A stretch of 64,000 nucleotides of DNA. Source: Auanema rhodensis (lineage: Eukaryota > Animalia > Nematoda). Both the position numbers and the translations under genes were made by a program. Under the pieces are notes generated by a model. The model did not search any database, had not been told where the DNA came from, and saw only the letters and a program-made list of their open reading frames with translations. How positions within the stretch are numbered: the stretch's first letter is position 1; the number at the start of each line of letters is the position of its first letter. Positions 56,497-64,000 of this stretch are shown here, piece after piece. The stretch is taken from positions 21,700,001 to 21,764,000 of the forward strand of contig OZ059900.1 of the NCBI GenBank assembly GCA_964057225.1. The letters run 5' to 3'.

Positions 56497-59400
56497 AAAA
56501 TATTTCTCATGGGAAATACTGTGTTTTTGTATTTTTCTAGTGTTCAGCATGTAAAATGCTTCATTTTAGTATGTAACACGCTGAAATTCGTTGCATTTGA
56601 CGACTCATATGAACAAAAATCGATTTAATCAATATTAGCCATAAGGGGCGTGCCCTCAGAATATGCTAATTTCCTTAATTTTCTAACCCCTGTTTTTTTG
56701 TCGTGAAAGTGGAACTAGTCGTTGTACGAACAATTTTGAGCTAGGTTTCATTGACATTGCATGAGTTTGAACACATGAAATCGTAAGTCAAAACCTTGTT
56801 TACAGCGAAATTTCCAAAAACTGGTTTTCCAGCATAATAAAATATTTCTCATGGGAAATACTGTGTTTTTGTATTTTTCTAGTGTTCAGCATGTAAAATG
56901 CTTCATTTTAGTATGTAACACGCTGAAATTGGTTGCATTTGACGACTCATATGAACAAAAATCGATTTAATCAATATTAGCCATAAAGGGCGTGCCCTCA
57001 GAATATGCTAATTTCCTTAATTTTCTAACCCCTGTTTTTTTGTCGTGAAAGTGGAACTAGACGTTGTAGGAACAATTTTGAGCTAGGTTTCATTGACATT
57101 GCATGAGTTTGAACACATGAAATCGTAAGTCAAAACCTTGTTTACAGCGAAATTTTCAAAAACTGGTTTTCCAGCATAATAAAATATTTCTCATGGGAAA
57201 TACTGTGTTTTTGTATTTTTCTAGTGTTCAGCATGTAAAATGCTTCATTTTAGTATGTAACACGCTGAAATTCGTTGCATTTGACGACTCATATGAACAA
57301 AAATCGATTTAATCAATATTAGCCATAAGGGGCGTGCCCTCAGAATATGCTAATTTCCTTAATTTTCTAACCCCTGTTTTTTTGTCGTGAAAGTGGAACT
57401 AGTCGTTGTACGAACAATTTTGAGCTAGGTTTCATTGACATTGCATGAGTTTGAACACATGAAATCGTAAGTCAAAACCTTGTTTACAGCGAAATTTCCA
57501 AAAACTGGTTTTCCAGCATAATAAAATATTTCTCATGGGAAATACTGTGTTTTTGTATTTTTCTAGTGTTCAGCATGTAAAATGCTTCATTTTAGTATGT
57601 AACACGCTGAAATTGGTTGCATTTGACGACTCATATGAACAAAAATCGATTTAATCAATATTAGCCATAAAGGGCGTGCCCTCAGAATATGCTAATTTCC
57701 TTAATTTTCTAACCCCTGTTTTTTTGTCGTGAAAGTGGAACTAGACGTTGTAGGAACAATTTTGAGCTAGGTTTCATTGACATTGCATGAGTTTGAACAC
57801 ATGAAATCGTAAGTCAAAACCTTGTTTACAGCGAAATTTTCAAAAACTGGTTTTCCAGCATAATAAAATATTTCTCATGGGAAATACTGTGTTTTTGTAT
57901 TTTTCTAGTGTTCAGCATGTAAAATGCTTCATTTTAGTATGTAACACGCTGAAATTCGTTGCATTTGACGACTCATATGAACAAAAATCGATTTAATCAA
58001 TATTAGCCATAAGGGGCGTGCCCTCAGAATATGCTAATTTCCTTAATTTTCTAACCCCTGTTTTTTTGTCGTGAAAGTGGAACTAGTCGTTGTACGAACA
58101 ATTTTGAGCTAGGTTTCATTGACATTGCATGAGTTTGAACACATGAAATCGTAAGTCAAAACCTTGTTTACAGCGAAATTTCCAAAAACTGGTTTTCCAG
58201 CATAATAAAATATTTCTCATGGGAAATACTGTGTTTTTGTATTTTTCTAGTGTTCAGCATGTAAAATGCTTCATTTTAGTATGTAACACGCTGAAATTCG
58301 TTGCATTTGACGACTCATATGAACAAAAATCGATTTAATCAATATTAGCCATAAGGGGCGTGCCCTCAGAATATGCTAATTTCCTTAATTTTCTAACCCC
58401 TGTTTTTTTGTCGTAAAAGTGGAACTAGACGTTGTACGAACAATTTTGAGCTAGGTTTCATTGACATTGCATGAGTTTGAACACATGAAATCGTAAGTCA
58501 AAACCTTGTTTACAGCGAAATTTCCAAAAACTGGTTTTCCAGCATAATAAAATATTTCTCATGGGAAATACTGTGTTTTTGTATTTTTCTAGTGTTCAGC
58601 ATGTAAAATGCTTCATTTTAGTATGTAACACGCTGAAATTCGTTGCATTTGACGACTCATATGAACAAAAATCGATTTAATCAATATTAGCCATAAGGGG
58701 CGTGCCCTCAGAATATGCTAATTTCCTTAATTTTCTAACCCCTGTTTTTTTGTCGTAAAAGTGGAACTAGACGTTGTACGAACAATTTTGAGCTAGGTTT
58801 CATTGACATTGCATGAGTTTGAACACATGAAATCGTAAGTCAAAACCTTGTTTACAGCGAAATTTCCAAAAACTGGTTTTCCAGCATAATAAAATTATTC
58901 TCATGGGAAATACTGTGTTTTTGTATTTTTCTAGTGTTCAGCATGTAAAATGCTTCATTTTAGTATGTAACACGCTGAAATTCGTTGCATTTGACGACTC
59001 ATATGAACAAAAATCGATTTAATCAATATTAGCCATAAGGGGCGTGCCCTCAGAATATGCTAATTTCCTTAATTTTCTAACCCCTGTTTTTTTGTCGTGA
59101 AAGTGGAACTAGACGTTGTACGAACAATTTTGAGCTAGGTTTCATTGACATTGCATGAGTTTGAACACATGAAATCGTAAGTCAAAACCTTGTTTACAGC
59201 GAAATTTCCAAAAACTGGTTTTCCAGCATAATAAAATATTTCTCATGGGAAATACTGTGTTTTTGTATTTTTCTAGTGTTCAGCATGTAAAATGCTTCAT
59301 TTTAGTATGTAACACGCTGAAATTCGTTGCATTTGACGACTCATATGAACAAAAATCGATTTAATCAATATTAGCCATAAAGGGCGTGCCCTCAGAATAT

Positions 59401-62400
59401 GCTAATTTCCTTAATTTTCTAACCCCTGTTTTTTTGTCGTGAAAGTGGAACTAGACGTTGTAGGAACAATTTTGAGCTAGGTTTCATTGACATTGCATGA
59501 GTTTGAACACATGAAATCGTAAGTCAAAACCTTGTTTACAGCGAAATTTCCAAAAACTGGTTTTCCAGCATAATAAAATATTTCTCATGGGAAATACTGT
59601 GTTTTTGTATTTTTCTAGTGTTCAGCATGTAAAATGCTTCATTTTAGTACGTAACACGCTGAAATTCGTTGCATTTGACGACTCATATGAACAAAAATCG
59701 ATTTAATCAATATTAGCCATAAGGGGCGTGCCCTCAGAATATGCTAATTTCCTTAATTTTCTAACCCCTGTTTTTTTGTCGTAAAAGTGGAACTAGACGT
59801 TGTACGAACAATTTTGAGCTAGGTTTCATTGACATTGCATGAGTTTGAACACATGAAATCGTAAGTCAAAACCTTGTTTACAGCGAAATTTCCAAAAACT
59901 GGTTTTCCAGCATAATAAAATTATTCTCATGGGAAATACTGTGTTTTTGTATTTTTCTAGTGTTCAGCATGTAAAATGCTTCATTTTAGTATGTAACACG
60001 CTGAAATTCGTTGCATTTGACGACTCATATGAACAAAAATCGATTTAATCAATATTAGCCATAAGGGGCGTGCCCTCAGAATATGCTAATTTCCTTAATT
60101 TTCTAACCCCTGTTTTTTTGTCGTGAAAGTGGAACTAGACGTTGTACGAACAATTTTGAGCTAGGTTTCATTGACATTGCATGAGTTTGAACACATGAAA
60201 TCGTAAGTCAAAACCTTGTTTACAGCGAAATTTCCAAAAACTGGTTTTCCAGCATAATAAAATATTTCTCATGGGAAATACTGTGTTTTTGTATTTTTCT
60301 AGTGTTCAGCATGTAAAATGCTTCATTTTAGTATGTAACACGCTGAAATTCGTTGCATTTGACGACTCATATGAACAAAAATCGATTTAATCAATATTAG
60401 CCATAAAGGGCGTGCCCTCAGAATATGCTAATTTCCTTAATTTTCTAACCCCTGTTTTTTTGTCGTGAAAGTGGAACTAGACGTTGTAGGAACAATTTTG
60501 AGCTAGGTTTCATTGACATTGCATGAGTTTGAACACATGAAATCGTAAGTCAAAACCTTGTTTACAGCGAAATTTCCAAAAACTGGTTTTCCAGCATAAT
60601 AAAATATTTCTCATGGGAAATACTGTGTTTTTGTATTTTTCTAGTGTTCAGCATGTAAAATGCTTCATTTTAGTACGTAACACGCTGAAATTCGTTGCAT
60701 TTGACGACTCATATGAACAAAAATCGATTTAATCAATATTAGCCATAAGGGGCGTGCCCTCAGAATATGCTAATTTCCTTAATTTTCTAACCCCTGTTTT
60801 TTTGTCGTGAAAGTGGAACTAGACGTTGTACGAACAATTTTGAGCTAGGTTTCATTGACATTGCATGAGTTTGAACACATGAAATCGTAAGTCAAAACCT
60901 TGTTTACAGCGAAATTTCCAAAAACTGGTTTTCCAGCATAATAAAATATTTCTCATGGGAAATACTGTGTTTTTGTATTTTTCTAGTGTTCAGCATGTAA
61001 AATGCTTCATTTTAGTATGTAACACGCTGAAATTCGTTGCATTTGACGACTCATATGAACAAAAATCGATTTAATCAATATTAGCCATAAAGGGCGTGCC
61101 CTCAGAATATGCTAATTTCCTTAATTTTCTAACCCCTGTTTTTTTGTCGTGAAAGTGGAACTAGACGTTGTAGGAACAATTTTGAGCTAGGTTTCATTGA
61201 CATTGCATGAGTTTGAACACATGAAATCGTAAGTCAAAACCTTGTTTACAGCGAAATTTTCAAAAACTGGTTTTCCAGCATAATAAAATATTTCTCATGG
61301 GAAATACTGTGTTTTTGTATTTTTCTAGTGTTCAGCATGTAAAATGCTTCATTTTAGTATGTAACACGCTGAAATTCGTTGCATTTGACGACTCATATGA
61401 ACAAAAATCGATTTAATCAATATTAGCCATAAGGGGCGTGCCCTCAGAATATGCTAATTTCCTTAATTTTCTAACCCCTGTTTTTTTGTCGTGAAAGTGG
61501 AACTAGACGTTGTACGAACAATTTTGAGCTAGGTTTCATTGACATTGCATGAGTTTGAACACATGAAATCGTAAGTCAAAACCTTGTTTACAGCGAAATT
61601 TCCAAAAACTGGTTTTCCAGCATAATAAAATATTTCTCATGGGAAATACTGTGTTTTTGTATTTTTCTAGTGTTCAGCATGTAAAATGCTTCATTTTAGT
61701 ATGTAACACGCTGAAATTCGTTGCATTTGACGACTCATATGAACAAAAATCGATTTAATCAATATTAGCCATAAAGGGCGTGCCCTCAGAATATGCTAAT
61801 TTCCTTAATTTTCTAACCCCTGTTTTTTTGTCCTGAAAGTGGAACTAGACATTGTATTAACAATTTTGAGCTAGGTTTCATTGACATTGCATGAGTTTGA
61901 ACACATGAAATCGTAAGTCAAAACCTTGTTTACAGCGAAATTTCCAAAAACTGGTTTTCCAGCATAATAAAATATTTCTCATGGGTATTACTGTGTTTTT
62001 GTATTTTTCTAGTGTTCAGCATGTAAAATGCTTCATTTTAGTATGTAACACGCTGAAATTCGTTGCATTTGACGACTCATATGAACAAAAATCGATTTAA
62101 TCAATATTAGCCATAAAGGGCGTGCCCTCAGAATATGCTAATTTCCTTAATTTTCTAACCCCTGTTTTTTTGTCGTGAAAGTGGAACTAGACGTTGTAGG
62201 AACAATTTTGAGCTAGGTTTCATTGACATTGCATGAGTTTGAACACATGAAATCGTAAGTCAAAACCTTGTTTACAGCGAAATTTCCAAAAACTGGTTTT
62301 CCAGCATAATAAAATATTTCTCATGGGTATTACTGTGTTTTTGTATTTTTCTAGTGTTCAGCATGTAAAATGCTTCATTTTAGTATGTAACACGCTGAAA

Positions 62401-64000
62401 TTCGTTGCATTTGACGACTCATATGAACAAAAATCGATTTAATCAATATTAGCCATAAGGGGCGTGCCCTCAGAATATGCTAATTTCCTTAATTTTCTAA
62501 CCCCTGTTTTTTTGTCGTGAAAGTGGAACTAGACGTTGTACGAACAATTTTGAGCTAGGTTTCATTGACATTGCATGAGTTTGAACACATGAAATCGTAA
62601 GTCAAAACCTTGTTTACAGCGAAATTTCCAAAAACTGGTTTTCCAGCATAATAAAATATTTCTCATGGGTATTACTGTGTTTTTGTATTTTTCTAGTGTT
62701 CAGCATGTAAAATGCTTCATTTTAGTATGTAACACGCTGAAATTCGTTGCATTTGACGACTCATATGAACAAAAATCGATTTAATCAATATTAGCCATAA
62801 GGGGCGTGCCCTCAGAATATGCTAATTTCCTTAATTTTCTAACCCCTGTTTTTTTGTCGTGAAAGTGGAACTAGACGTTGTACGAACAATTTTGAGCTAG
62901 GTTTCATTGACATTGCATGAGTTTGAACACATGAAATCGTAAGTCAAAACCTTGTTTACAGCGAAATTTCCAAAAACTGGTTTTCCAGCATAATAAAATA
63001 TTTCTCATGGGAAATACTGTGTTTTTGTATTTTTCTAGTGTTCAGCATGTGAAATGCTTCATTTTAGTATGTAACACGCTGAAATTCGTTGCATTTGACG
63101 ACTCATATGAACAAAAATCGATTTAATCAATATTAGCCATAAAGGGCGTGCCCTCAGAATATGCTAATTTCCTTAATTTTCTAACCCCTGTTTTTTTGTC
63201 GTGAAAGTGGAACTAGACGTTGTAGGAACAATTTTGAGCTAGGTTTCATTGACATTGCATGAGTTTGAACACATGAAATCGTAAGTCAAAACCTTGTTTA
63301 CAGCGAAATTTCCAAAAACTGGTTTTCCAGCATAATAAAATATTTCTCATGGGAAATACTGTGTTTTTGTATTTTTCTAGTGTTCAGCATGTAAAATGCT
63401 TCATTTTAGTATGTAACACGCTGAAATTCGTTGCATTTGACGACTCATATGAACAAAAATCGATTTAATCAATATTAGCCATAAGGGGCGTGCCCTCAGA
63501 ATATGCTAATTTCCTTAATTTTCTAACCCCTGTTTTTTTGTCGTGAAAGTGGAACTAGACGTTGTAGGAACAATTTTGAGCTAGGTTTCATTGACATTGC
63601 ATGAGTTTGAACACATGAAATCGTAAGTCAAAACCTTGTTTACAGCGATATTTTCAAAAACTGGTTTTCCAGCATAATAAAATATTTCTCATGGGAAATA
63701 CTGTGTTTTTGTATTTTTCTAGTGTTCAGCATGTAAAATGCTTCATTTTAGTATGTAACACGCTGAAATTCGTTGCATTTGACGACTCATATGAACAAAA
63801 ATCGATTTAATCAATATTAGCCATAAGGGGCGTGCCCTCAGAATATGCTAATTTCCTTAATTTTCTAACCCCTGTTTTTTTGTCGTGAAAGTGGAACTAG
63901 ACGTTGTACGAACAATTTTGAGCTAGGTTTCATTGACATTGCATGAGTTTGAACACATGAAATCGTAAGTCAAAACCTTGTTTACAGCGAAATTTCCAAA
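56497..64000 (+). repeat. Forward 342-bp satellite array resumes, about 22 copies, runs off the right edge
   Basis: It resumes at aaaatatttctcatggg (monomer position about 147) and keeps the 342-bp period to the end of the window. Confidence 0.99.

Noticed and set aside
1-64000. CRISPR array or other repeat-spacer system
   Set aside because: There are no unique spacers; the whole 342-bp unit repeats nearly identically, and no cas or other genes are present.

Overview
The whole 64 kb window is one highly homogeneous satellite DNA array, most likely eukaryotic centromeric or pericentromeric heterochromatin. It holds about 187 copies of a 342-bp monomer (about 66% AT by hand count), and copies differ from the consensus at only 0 to about 7 sites. 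I found no genes, RNA genes, transposons or CRISPR arrays; every reading frame on both strands has a stop in each monomer. Diagnostic SNPs reveal local higher-order duplications of 2, 3, 6 and 13 monomers, plus a 12-monomer block repeated 40 monomers away. The notable structure is at 50.3-56.5 kb, where the array changes orientation: + (1-50288), - (50301-55560), a 134-bp mosaic cassette of short templated satellite fragments, + (55691-55980), - (55990-56366), an exact inverted copy of the cassette, then + to the end. One SNP haplotype block occurs in +,+,-,+ orientation, giving two adjacent kilobase-scale palindromes (an inverted-triplication-like architecture). Most breakpoints sit on the monomer's own short dyads and are joined through 2-4 bp microhomologies, which points to replication or repair template switching. 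Neither the organism nor the satellite family can be identified from the sequence alone.
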